Source: Nageia nagi (lineage: Eukaryota; Plantae; Pinophyta). From it: a DNA stretch of 64,000 nt. Under the pieces are notes generated by a model. It searched no databases. It was not told where the DNA came from and worked only from the letters and a program-made list of their open reading frames with translations. This document shows, one piece after another, positions 51,353 through 64,000 of this stretch; within the stretch, counting starts at the first letter, position 1; the number at the start of each line of letters is the position of its first letter. A program made the position numbers and the translations under genes. The stretch covers positions 134,850,001 to 134,914,000 of the forward strand of contig JBITNC010000001.1 in NCBI GenBank assembly GCA_050084985.1, written 5' to 3'.

Positions 51353-54300
51353 TGTTGGTCACACTATGCCATTGAGAGGGGGCATGAATGTAGCTTAAAA
51401 ATTCAATACATAAAGTAAAAAAATCAAACATATAGAGAATTCAATACAAAACTCAGTATGTAACATGGTTCACCATTTTAGATATATCCATAAATATGAC
51501 TACTTGAATCTACTATCCAAATCCATCCTCTACAAAGCAAAGCTTTACAATACGTACAATAGCATCCACTGGCAGGAAAGATATTGATCTACCTCACTTT
51601 ATCAACACCATCTGAAAAGAGCACCAACCCCTAAGCCTAGTACCCACTAGGTCTCACAAATTGATCATTACAATGATATTTAAGCACACCTTTATTTTAA
51701 CAAGAACCCTCCTCGGTCTATCAACATATTACATCAAAACCTCTCTTCACAAAACCATAGCAATAACACTTTCTCATACTCTTTTCACCAAAAATCATAT
51801 GATCAACACTCTCTCATACTCTTTTCACCAAAATGTAGCAACAACACTCAATTTCATATTTTTCTCTTCATACAACTTGAGTTTCCAAAAATTGGGTATC
51901 CAAAACGCAACATGAGAAATTCAATCTCACTAAAATATTTGTTCTTTTTCCTTCCTTCATAAAATGCTAAACCACTTTTGGGTATTTTTTGATGAACAAC
52001 CCTCAAAATTTTAGCCAAAATGGATATTGTATTAAGAAGTTATGACCAAAAAATGAATTTACCTTTTTTCATAATTCTCTGAGGAATAATGATGAAAATT
52101 AATTCTAGCATTTTCTATTTGCCAACTCATTTTCATTATTTTTATCAATAATTATAATATTAACTTTCTTGTTTTGGATTCAAGCTTCTCTCCATAAATT
52201 TCCATGCAAAACTTAAGTTCTTTTACTTGGAAATGAATATTTCAATATCACAACTTGTTCTTACATGCAATCATCTTCCTTTTACTCTAGTTTTCCACAA
52301 ATTTACTTCTCAATCAATCATATAATCAATTTCATGCATAAAAATTATCTCCAATAATATAAAATTGAAATTGCAGTTAAATATGCCTCTTTTATTTGTT
52401 TCAACACTTTATCAAATAGTTTGCATGCTTTCTCTATGCTACCACTTTTGCCAAATTATATATACATCCATTTTATATGTTCTACAGGTCTGTTACATTT
52501 TAACTATGTAACCATAGTTTGGGATTTTACTTCATTTTGGCTGTGTAACCACAATTTGAAATTTTATTTTGTTTTATTTTGTATACCTGAGTTATAATCT
52601 ATAATTTGTGTGTTGATAACAATAACAACTTTTTTCAATAATCTCCCCCTTTGGAATTTTTGGTAACATTGATGCAATAACCATCACTCTTCTCTCCCTT
52701 TGAAATTAATAAGAAAGGGTTGAATTTAATGCTTGCTGCACACTACCATGCTTTCTTACAAACTATTATTTTTGCAGCAATTTCCATAAACTTTTCTATT
52801 TTTTTGTACTACACTAATTCTTTGCTATAAAGTCTTTATTTTTTTTACTACACATAATAATTTCTTTTTCTATGAACTCCCACTTAATTCATGCATGGCA
52901 TTCTTAATACAATGCTAAAAATATAAAACATTAATATCTATACATATGAGCATTAAGGTAAAATAATAAGTTGCTCCCCTTAAGAATGTGCTTCCACTAA
53001 TTCAAAATCCTATTTTTCATTTCTATAACTCCATTTTGTTGTGGAGTTTTTTTTGCTAAGAGCTGCCTTTTTATACCTCTTTCTTGACAATATCTTTCAA
53101 ATTCTCTTGATGTAAAATCTTCACGATGATTATATCTTAAACATTTGATCCTTTTTCCAATTTCATTTTTAGCCATTACTCTAAAAAATTTGAATCTACC
53201 AAATGCTTTTGACTTATCCTTTAAGAATTCCACCCATGTCATTCTTTAGAAGTAATCTATGAAAATAATAAAATATATGTCTCCATTCAATCCTCTTGTT
53301 CTCATAGGACCAAAAAGATTTGTATGCACCAATTCTAGAGCCTTTTTTGAGTAGTGCTCTTTTGCTTTGAAAGTTGATTTAGATTGCTTTCCTTGTTGAC
53401 AATATGAACAAATGCTATTAGAGGTATTGGAGATCTTTGGGATATACCATACTGCATTCAATGAGCTAATTTTGACTATATTATCAAAATTGATGTATCC
53501 TAACCTCTTATGCCTTAGCCAAATTTCATCAACTTATCCAAGAAAGTAATATTTACCTATTTTTTCATTGAGATTGTATAGATTACATGTAGTTCTTATT
53601 TCTTCAGCTAAGAGCCTTCCATATTTTGCATTTCTTATCTCACACCCATGAGCTTTGAATATAACATCACACCCTTTCTCACAAATTTGGCTAACAACTA
53701 ATAATTTATGCTTTAATTCATCAACATAAAATATATCATGTGATTTTATGTTGGATTTATTCAAATTTACTATATCTTTTTCAACAATCTTTGCTCTATC
53801 ATTATTGCCAAACTTAATTGTTCCACATTCACGCTTCTGCAAATCTATAAATTATCTTTTGTCCCCACTCATATGATTAGTGCAGTCACTTTCAAGTATC
53901 CATGTTGTCAATTTATTCTATGAATCAAGAGTTGTTTAAACAATTAAATACTCCTTAATTTCCTTCTCATTTTCTTTTTTAATCCAATTCTCTTTGGTCT
54001 TTGGTTTTTCTTCAACTACACTTTCTTTTCCAGTATGAGATTGATCACTTTTCTCAAAAGGATGATTATTTTTCATTCTTAAAGGTCTATGATGCCTTCT
54101 TTCTTTCCTTGGTTGATTTACAAATTTGCTTCTATAATGCTTGGCAATGTGCCCATAATTATGGTAGTTATAATATTCAATATTATATTCTAATAATGGA
54201 GCAAAAGTATTGTGTGAGCAAAATTCATAGCTTTCTTGTTAAGCCTACATTAATTTTATGGCCATATTGATTGTAATTGTAATAGTAGCCATAAAAAGCA

Positions 54301-57300
54301 TTATTATAATTTAAAAATGGAGGATAAAACCTATCATATTGATGATAATTTATTGGGGGTATTCTTGGCAAATTTCTACTTGGATGAAAAACTTTGGTGA
54401 ATCCATCCTTGTCTACAAAGTTTGCTTTCTTTTGTTCAATATTTCTTTTTTCTTGTGGTTAGTTTTCTAAGGTATCTTTGGTCTCCTCTTGCTTTGTATC
54501 ATCAACTATGGGATTTTCATTTTCTACAATATTTGAAGATTCTTTAGATTTGAATCTAAGATCAAACTTAATATTGGGATCTCTTTGCATTTTTAACATA
54601 TCTTTAAACTTCTCTAAACTTTTATCAATTTTTAGGCATGTGTTTATTTACAAATATGCCTTTTCAAGTTTCTTTCTCAAGGACACAATTTCTTCTTTAA
54701 GAGTACTGAATGCATCAATCTTGCCATTGATTTGAATCCACAAGTATTCCTATATTTTCTTGGTTTCTTCTATTTTAATGCATAATTCTTCAACTTCCTT
54801 AATTGATTCTTCAAGTTTATTAGATAGATTTTTGTTATTTTTCCTTTCCTTATCTAGCTCTTCAAGGGAAATAATCAATTATCCTTCTAAATCCACCTCA
54901 ACATCTAGTTCTTCATCATCTAGTTCTTCATATTTTAATTCCTATATAGTGTTAGATTTCTTTTATTTTTCTTCAAAGCCCATAAACAAAACCTCATCAA
55001 GATATTCTTTAGGATCATCATAAATACTATCATCATATATGTATATGTCTTCCTGAAAGACAAAGCTTTTCTTCTTGAAGTTACTTCTCTTTGAATTTGT
55101 ATACCTTCTTATGTAGCTTTCACCTTTTTCCTTTTGTTCATATTGATCACCATTATCTTTTTCTTTATGAGGACATTTAGTTGCAAAATGTCTAATACCC
55201 CCATATTTAAAGCATTTAAATGGAAGCTTACCTTTGTATTTATCTTGTCCTCTCTTGAGCTTCCAAAAAAAAATTTCTTCTACTTCATCAGATACATCAT
55301 CCTCATCTGAATCATGTTTGATTTTGATATTTTTTTAGTGATTTGAATGTTTCTACTCTCTTAGAAGGCTTATCCTTGCCTATCCTCATTTCATATGTTG
55401 TTAGAGATCCATACATTTCATCGATAGAAAAAGGTGTCTAGATACTTGGCTTCTTCAATGGAAGACATTATTGAGTCAAATCTTTATGGGAGAGATCTAA
55501 GTACTTTTTTAATTATAACATAATCATTTATTTCTTCTCCTAAGCCTCTAATTGAATTTACTACCTCATTTATAACCTTGAGCATGAATGAAACAACATC
55601 TTCATCTTCACTCATCTTAAATTCTTCAAACTGATCTTTGAATGTTTATAATTTGGCTTCCTTGATCTTAGCATATCCTTCATGAATTCTCTTCAATTTA
55701 TCCCAAAATTCCTTAGTAGTCATGTAATTCATCACATTGACTAATTTGTTGTTTGCTAATGCACAAAGAATGGTATTTTTAGCTTTTGCATTAGTCTCGT
55801 ATAATTTCTTTTACACAACATCTGTAGGAGTAGTTTTTGGAATGGTGGACCCATTTGTGATCATATCCATAACATGAAAGCCTAATGAAATCAAATATGT
55901 TTTCACCCTAAGACTCTAGAAGGTATACTCAGTATCATTTAACATGGGAACTTTGTTTGTGAAGTAATTATCATATATAACCATAGTGCAAATTAGGATC
56001 TACTCAAGCTAATTAAGCTTTAACTTAGGAACCTAATGCTCTTATACCAATTGTTGGTCACACTATATCACTAAGAGGGGGTGAAATCAATGTAGCTTAA
56101 AACTTCAATGCATAAAGTAAACAAATTAAACATACATAACATTCAATACAAAACTCAATATGTAACATGGTTCACCATTTTGGCTACATCAATAAAAATG
56201 ATTACTTGGATCTATTGTCCAAATCCAGCCTCTACAAAAGCAACACTTTACAACACTTTTACTGGCACCCAATGGAAGGAAAGATATTTATCTACTCACT
56301 TTATCAATACCAAATGAAAGGAGCATCAACCCCTAAGCCTAACACCCACTAGGTTTAACAAATCAATCATTAAAATGACATATGAGAATGCCTTCATTTA
56401 AACTAGAATCTTGCTTTGTCTATCAATATATTACATCAAAAACTCTCTTCACAAAATCACAACAATAACACTTTCTCACACTCTTTACACCAAAGATCGC
56501 AATGACAAAACTCTCTCATACTCTTTTCATCAAAATACAATAGTAACACTATATCTCCTATTTTTCTCTTCATAAAACTTGAGTCTTGAAAAATTGAGTA
56601 TCCAAAATGTTGCCTAAGAAATTTAGCCTCACTGAAATGATTTGTTCTCTTTCCTCCATTCATAAAATGCTAAACCATTTATGGGTATTGTTAAGGTGTT
56701 TTTCCATGAACAACCCTTAAAATTTTAGCCAAAATTGACATATTATTAAGAAGTTATGGAAAAACAAAAAAAAAAACTTTTTCCATGATTCTCTAGGGAA
56801 TAATGATGAAAATTCATTCCAAATTTTTCTATTTGCCAACTCATTTTCATTATTTTTATCTATAATAATAATATTAACTTTCTATTTTTGAATTAAAGCT
56901 TCTCTCCACAAATTTCCACAAAACTTGAGTTCTTTTTTTTGCAAATGCATATTTCAATATCATAACTTATTCTTACATGCAATCATATTTCTTTTACTCT
57001 AAATTCTCCATAAATTTACTCCTTAATCGATAATGCAATCAATTTCATGCATAGAAATTGTCTCCAATAATAGAAAATTGGAACTGTAGTTAAATATGCC
57101 TCTTTTATTTTTCTCAACATTTTTTGAAATAGTTTGCATGCTTTATTTGTGTTGCCACTTTTTCCAAAGTTATTGCTTCATTTTATTTTGTATATATACC
57201 CATTGTATATATTCTATAGGTCTTCTTCATTTCGATGATGTAACCATAGTTTGGAATTATTCTTCATTTTGTTCTGTATACCTAGGTTACAATCTATAAT

Positions 57301-57335
57301 TTATGTGTTGACAACAATGACAACTTTGCTCAATA
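51353..57335 (-). mobile_element. Ty1/copia deletion derivative (gag, protease, partial integrase; no RT or RNase H)
   Basis: LTRs 56052-57335 and 51353-52640; TSD GTTGA; PBS TGGTATAAGAGC (iMet-like, 56038-56049); PPT AAAGGGGGAGAT. Motifs: gag from ATG 55984, GKYKGKLPFKC, WILESDCTNHMSG, LELVHTNLFGP, TPQQNGV. Confidence 0.94.
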
Positions 57336-58878
57336 GTTGATCAACAATGAAAGAAAGCACTATCTTAAGCCTATTTGCAATCACTTTGAATAAGATTTTG
57401 TGAAGAGTATTTCATAAATTAATAGTGCAAAAATCAAAGAAAGTTATTGCCCAAATAACCTTAGGGATGAAAGCTAAGAAGATTAAGTTCACATCATAAG
57501 GAATGATGTGGAACTTTTTCTCCATTCAAACCACATACTGCATGTTTAATTTCTTCATCCAAAAAAGGACTCCTCAGGTGGTCATTTAAATTACTCGTTA
57601 TTATATTGGAAATATGAGATAAAAGGGCATTGACAATTTCTTGATGCCAATCATCTTTAGTAATAATTAGGTTTGAGAAGAAAAGGATAACATCTTTTCA
57701 AATATGAAAGGGGTCTTTAGTACTTTCACCATTTTCTTTGATAATTCCCTTAATCTTATTATGGCTTTTGTGATGAAGAGTAGAAAAATGGAAAAAAAAT
57801 TTATTCATATCTCCTTCGTTTATCTAAGACACTTAGGATAAATCTATTTCTAAAAACTTTCTTCAGTAGCTAAAATATTATTCCATTTGCACAATAAAGA
57901 TTTCTCTTAATTTCTTAGTTGTTCTATGTAGGCTGAGTTGGATATGGCCCATTCCACCTCTAAAACATTTTGCTTCATTTGGTTATTTTTCAAAAATATG
58001 TTACCAAACACTTTCTTATTCCAAACATTTATATTCTTTTTGAAAAAACAACTCCTTTTAGCTACTTAAGTAAGTTTATCTCTCGAAATGGAAGTATTTC
58101 ACTATAACTGGATCATATCCTCTAGGGAGTTATGATTTAGCCACATCCTCTCAAGCCTAAAGAGAGTGGTAAATAACCTTCTTTGGTCAACCATATTCCA
58201 AAAAATAGGATTATGATTTGATTTAGTTCTTGATAAAGTAGTAAGATTTGTATCCTTAAACTTTACTAAATATTCATGAGATAATCTGTATTAGATTAAT
58301 TAATTGCCCATTCTACAATTGAAGAAAGTAAATTTTGCCCCTCTTAGTTCAATATCCATTAGCTTATTTTCATTTAATAAGGAACTAAAATCATTCATGT
58401 TATCAAAAAAAATTTCATTACCTTCTTTCTTGTTTGATGGGAAGATAGGGCTGTTGAAATCCCTAACCAAAATCTAGAAGATGCATATAAAGGCTTTGTG
58501 CATCTTTCCTAGCTCTTTTTATAAAGTTATTCTCCTAGCCAAGGTGGTGTGGGTATAGATGTTTATGATGATTCATTTATCATTGCTATATTTATTAGAA
58601 AAAAAAAAACATAAAATTTATTATTCATGATAATTTCTCTTCCTTCAAATATTTATGATTCTAGAAACACATCAAGCCTCCAAAAACTCCTCTAGATGGT
58701 TGAGCAATGCAATTTTCTCCTTTCCACACCTTCCACCAAATTACTTATGTATTTTCCTTTAAAACTTTTATTTATTGTGTTACTAGGATGTACCCTAAAT
58801 TTTTTGGCTCCTACCAGCAAGTTCCTGCATTGTAGCATCTTTCATGACCATGTACTTGTTGGCATAATTCGAGGAAGC

Positions 58879-60982
58879 TTGGCACTTTTCTTTTAAGGAG
58901 TAGATTCATTTATAAATAACCCATTAATTAGTTAAGTAAGTAATTAATATAGCCTTTGGCTATTTAATTACTTGCATATCTCAATGTTTAATTTTTTCAT
59001 AATTTACTAACCCGTGTTATTTAATTTTTGAAAAATTTATGAGCTACTTAATTAGTGTGGTTAATCATTTACGATGGTTGACCTAACTAATTAATCTACC
59101 ATTAATAACTCTTCTCTTCTCCAATAAACCCTAATTAGGGTTTTGAGTTGAGGATTGAGTTATATTCTATTTATTCCTTGTATTCTTTGAGTTTCATGTA
59201 TCAAACAAGTTTTTCTTAGCTCAACTGATGAGTGGTATAGCCACAAAACATGTTTTGAGCAAGCTTGAGGAAATTCTTTGTAATCTTCATTTTTGTAATG
59301 AATGACATGTTTGCTTTATGAAACTCAATCTTTATTTTACTTTTTTATCCTTGTATCTATTTTCTAAAGCTGCCCGTGATATCTAAATTTTTTTAAAAGC
59401 CCTAAACCTTTTACTTATCATCATGATGGCCATAGAAAATATATCAACTCACTCTACCATTTTGATAGAGGAGATTGAATCTTCTCATTTATTGGTTCAT
59501 GAATCCAAGGAGATGAATATGTGAGTAATTATATGAAATGCATTCAAGATGTTGTGGGAAGTAATCATCAAGATACTAAGGGGGTTGAGCCTTAAGCTCT
59601 TGTACCTCATTCTCTAAATTCCTCCAAGGTTGATCGCCTTATCACTCTTGCGCAGTGTTTTGATAGTTTTGAATAGGCTACCTCTCTCATGCATGCCTCT
59701 CTTAGCCTTAATGAAGAGACTACCCAGTAAATCTGTGCCTCCCTCACTCAAATTGATTTCCAATTGAATCAAATCTATGGTGTGATTGGCTAAATGCACT
59801 AGATGTGGAACGAGCTCTTTCATTCCATGGGTGAGACCTCTACAAGCACTCAATCGACCTTCACTCCTCCCTTGCATAGAAAAAATGATGCTTTGTCTCA
59901 CTCCCCTTGTGTAGACTTATTTCTCTCACAATGCTTAGGATTCCACCATGCAAAATGATGTCCCCACTAGCACCATGTCGATCAATGTTAAGACTACCAA
60001 TCTAGACCCTCTCAATAGCCAACTCAAAGTCGATGGAGACTCTGTTGACTCGACCTTCCTTTGCCCAGTTGTTATCACCACACAATCTACCAAAAAGGTT
60101 ACTAACATCACCTGATCCACCCTAGCTTTAAACATAGATGCCATGACTCATTCCTCCCATATGCATGATACTATAGTGGACACTGCTACTGAATCCTCTT
60201 TTATGCATGAAGCTATCGCTATCGCCATCACTTGATCTACCTTTACACATGAAGCTACCTCCATCTAAGAGGTTCTTGCTAAGGAGATTATGATGCTGGA
60301 GGCTTAATTCAGAGTGATCAAAACCTATGCACAGTCAGTCCATTCTCATGCCTTGAAAGTAGAAAGGAGGGTGCTAGAGATTGACGAGCTAGTTCAAGCC
60401 TACTCCCATTCTCTTGAAGTGGATCTTTAAGCATGTACCAACACCCATAATACATACCTACAAAGAGGCCCAAACCTGTATACCATCTTTAATTAATTAG
60501 TTAAGTAAGTAATTAATATAGCCTTTGGCTATTTAATTGCTTACATAGCTCAATGTTTAAATTTTTCATAATTTACTAATCTATGTTATTTAAGTTTTGA
60601 AAAATTTATGAGCTACTTAATTAGTGTGGTTAATCATTTACAATGGCTGACCTAACTAATTAATTTATCATTAATAACTCTCCTCTTCTCCAATAAACCC
60701 TAATTAGGGTTTTATGTTGAGGATTGAGTTTTATTCTATTTATTCCTTGTATTCTTCAAGTTTCATGTATCAAACAAGCTTTTCTCAGCTCAACTGATGA
60801 GTGGTATAGCCACAAAACATGTTTTGCGCAAGCTTGAGAAAATTCTCTATAATTTTTATTTTTGTAATGAATGACATTTGGTTTTTGAAACTCAATCTTT
60901 ATTTTACTTTGTTATCCTTCTATCTATTTTCTAAAGCTACCCATGATATCTAAATTTTTTTAAAAGCCCTAAATTTTTTATA
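58879..60982 (+). mobile_element. Small non-autonomous LTR element (about 2.1 kb)
   Basis: Direct repeats of about 490 bp (58923-59414 and 60492-60982); right repeat starts TGTA at 60477 after AAAGAGGCCCAAACC; candidate TSD GAAGC at 58874-58878 and 60983-60987; left terminus irregular. Confidence 0.75.
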
Positions 60983-60987
60983 GAAGC

Positions 60988-62425
60988 AATCACATCCCTC
61001 TTGCGAGTTTCTAATAATAGGACATTTGCTACGTATTCAAAATAGAGTGGTGATTCCAAAGGATAAAGAGATTAGATAAAATATTTTAGATGAGGTTCAT
61101 TGATATCCTTATTATGAACATCCTAATAGTGCAAAAATAAGGGAGAACCTCAAAAAGACTTTCTTTTCAAAAGGAATGCAGAGGGATGTCACATATTATA
61201 TTATATCATGAAGTATCTCGAATGTTAGAAAATGAAACTTGAAAACCAACATCCTAGGGGATTGTTTTTTCCAAATAAAATTCCTAGGAGGAAATGACAA
61301 GAAATCTCTCTGGATTTCATTATCATTCTACCTAATTCTTATTTTCAACATGATTTTATCTTTATGATGGTTGATAGATTAACTAAGATAGCTCACTTCA
61401 TTCTAGGAAGGAATATATAATGTTGTTATGGTTTTTAATTGGTTTGCAAAATAAATAGTAAGATTACATAGTTTTCTTGAAGTGATAATCTCATACAAAA
61501 ATTTAAGATTCACTTCATAGTTTTATAAATCCTTGCATGAGGTAATTGATGTAAAGTTAAAGATTAGTTCAACCTATCATCCCTAAATAGATGGAAAAAT
61601 TGAAAGAGTGAATTAAGTATTAGAGGATACACTTAGAATGTATTGCTTATACTAAAAAGGGGAAGATTTTCTTTATCCGATAGAGTTTTCATATAATAAT
61701 GGATACTAATATTCCTTAGGCATATCTCCATTTGAAGCTTTGTATGTTCATAAGTGTAGAACTCCACTCTCTTGAGATGACCTTGAGGATTAGGTAGTTT
61801 TGGGACCTAATATGATTAAAGCGATGGAGGAACAACTCAATCAAATTCAGCAAAGGATTAAAGTAGCATTTGATAGACTAAAGAGCCATGCAAACCTTAA
61901 AACATTACCATGAGAGTTCTCAATGGTGGAAAAGGTATTCTTTCATGTTCACCCAAAGAAAAGTTCCACTAAGGCTATAAAGTTGGATCCTTGTTTTGTA
62001 AGGCCTTTTGAGATAATAGGTAAGATTATATATATAGCCTACAAGCTAGCTCAACTTCCACCCAATCTATCCAAAATGCATGATGTTTTCCATATTTCTT
62101 GACTTGAAAAGTATGTTGTTGATCCGTCTCATATGTGGAATTTAGAAAACTTGCAAATGGTTGATATGTTGGTAATTGAAGTGCTTCCAATTAAAATTTT
62201 GGACTATAGGGTCAAAGCTTTAAAAAATAAAGAAATTAATCAATGCAAAGTGCAATGGGATTGACACTAAAAAATGTTTCTACTTGGGAAGACATTGCTT
62301 TAATGCAAAATTGATGTTCATATATTTTTTAGTAAATATGCATATAAAATGATTATATGTGAAGATAATATTTGAAATAATTGGGCAATGTTACTCTCAA
62401 TTAGGGAGTATGTAATAACATGTTT
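60988..62425 (+). mobile_element. Decayed chromoviral Ty3/gypsy integrase and chromodomain, PPT and start of LTR
   Basis: NRVVIP...H..P, *QEISLDFI, VDRLTKIAHF, SSTYHP*IDGKIERVN, SPFEALY, MHDVFHIS, CKVQW; TTAGGGAGTA|TGTAATA at 62401-62417. Confidence 0.88.
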
Positions 62426-62439
62426 TGTTATGCTCAAGT

Positions 62440-63415
62440 AGTACTTTAAAAACTAGAAAAAGAATAATATTACAAGAACCTTAATGTAGTGAATAAAGTA
62501 TTAAGAGAAAATCACTTATGTACCAAAATGTTTAAGTGTGAATTTTATGTGCCTCAATTTCAATATTTAGGTCACATCATATTTGAAGGAGGAGTTACTA
62601 TGGGTCCCAAAAAAATTGAAGTTGTAATGAGTTGGTCAAACCCTAAGAATGTTAATAAAATCAGGAGTTTCATGGGTCTCATTGGGTATTATAGGTATTT
62701 TGTAAAAAAATTCTCTAAGATTTCTTACTCCATTACCCATTTGCAAAAGAAGGAAAATAAATTTATATAGAAACAAAAATGTAAACAAGATTTCACCACA
62801 TTCAAATAGAAGCTTACAACAACAACATTACTTAAAATCATGGACCCTAATGGGTATTTTTTTGTATGTACAATTACTTCCAAGGAGGGGTTAGTACTAA
62901 TGTAATATAGTGCACTAGATATTTATGAATCTAAAAATCTTAAAGAGCATGAACGAAGGTACATAAATAATGAATTAAAGCTTGTAATTATGGTTCATGC
63001 TTTAAACTTTTGGAGACATTAGCTCTTAAGAAAATCTTTTGATTTTAGATTAGACCATAAAAGTATTAAGTATATATTCATAGTACCTAATTTGAATGCT
63101 CCCTAGAGGATATGGATGGAGATTCTCTCTAAAATTATTTTTATATTGAATATATCAAGATGAAAGAAAATAAAGTGGTTAATGCACTAAGCCATAAAGG
63201 TAATATTATAACCTTGATTTTATTTCACATCATTTGTATTGATAAAATCTACCAATTACAAGCCAAATACTATCATTGTAAAAGGATTTTGAAGGAACTT
63301 ATGGAAAATCCTGATAAAGTTAAATATTTCAATAAAAAATAAGATGGTCTTTTTTGTTACAAGAATAGGGTAATCCCAAATGAAGAAAATTTGAGGAATA
63401 CAATACTACTATAAT
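62440..63415 (+). mobile_element. Decayed Ty3/gypsy RT C-terminus and RNase H fragment
   Basis: KCEF...QYLGHII...PKNVNKIRSFMGLIGYYRYFVK; HALNFWRH*L; DHKSIKYI; KENKVVNALS. Confidence 0.88.
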
Positions 63416-64000
63416 CCACTTATAAAAAAATAAGTCAAGCAATTATGGTTCCTCTTATTTAGAAAAAGAAAATAGTGATCAAAACAATAAGAAAAAATCA
63501 CATAAGAAATTTGAGACAGGTATAAAATGGTTCAATCCTTATTGAAATCATCTCCACAAATCAAGATATTACAACTAACAACCTATTGTTGTACCTTTTT
63601 CTTTGTCTCACTAAGGAATTATTTCTTACAAAACTTAGTCTCTCCTTTCTCACTACAATTCATCATATCAAATCAATGCAACTACTTATATTTATAATCT
63701 ACAATTATAATATTATTTTAAATGCAAACTAGAGCTAAACATCCATGCATAGATCTACCATGAACTGGGCAAGTTCAATTCCAAAATTGGAACAATGTAA
63801 GAGTGAGTTTTCTATTTCAAAATAGAACTTCACATCTTTAGATTCGTAACTAGATTACATCATACTAACCTAACATACCTCGATCTATCCAATCGATTAG
63901 CTACCTAATCGAATGACCTAACCAACTTGTATCTGACCAGTTATCACCTACAAACTAACCTTGTGCATATTAGTTATAAAAATAGAGGGTAATTTATTCC

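Larger units (their letters stand above)
47600..58780 (-). mobile_element. Decayed L1-clade LINE (endonuclease, RT, zf-RVT, RNase H, extra ORF), interrupted by a Copia
   Basis: SRGVFGGL (about 58690), KVIANRLK (about 57375) continuing across the Copia to VQGCQIVDDIISIHE and LKLDMNKAYDRV, QQFIDDTI (about 50995), IEGDS...QHVYKEANK (49177-49377). Confidence 0.9.

Noticed and set aside
54001-55023. Plus-strand Ser/Phe-rich ORFs, and similar short ORFs elsewhere in the track
   Set aside because: Antisense shadows of Copia gag or chance ORFs in AT-rich repeats.
60988-63415. Single element with integrase before RT (copia-like order in a gypsy)
   Set aside because: A PPT and LTR start at 62401-62417 close the first element; the RT-RNase H piece is a separate fragment.

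Overview
Plant nuclear DNA, AT-rich and strongly CpG-depleted; the giant introns and retroelement types suggest a gymnosperm (inference). One host gene is present, on the minus strand: a clade-II serine carboxypeptidase-like gene (SCPL42-like). Seven in-phase GT-AG exons were traced (46838 down to 11024), with a 33.9-kb first intron; the 3' exons lie beyond the left edge. The rest is nested, decayed transposable elements: four LINE remnants, a full-length Tat-type Ty3/gypsy element, a related solo LTR, an 8.7-kb LTR element with no recognisable gag-pol, an RT-less Copia inserted in a LINE, chromovirus remnants, SINEs, a foldback and a CACTA-like end. Main discovery: two divergent RNase H-bearing LINEs (360-3905 + and about 47600-58780 -) both carry, downstream of RNase H, an alignable extra ORF ('ORF3'), suggesting a LINE lineage with a conserved accessory gene. 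Also notable: a chromoviral element carrying an intronless ECA3-type Ca2+-ATPase fragment, and three consecutive arrays of hairpin-forming repeats in the non-autonomous LTR element. All alignments were done by eye; no databases were searched.
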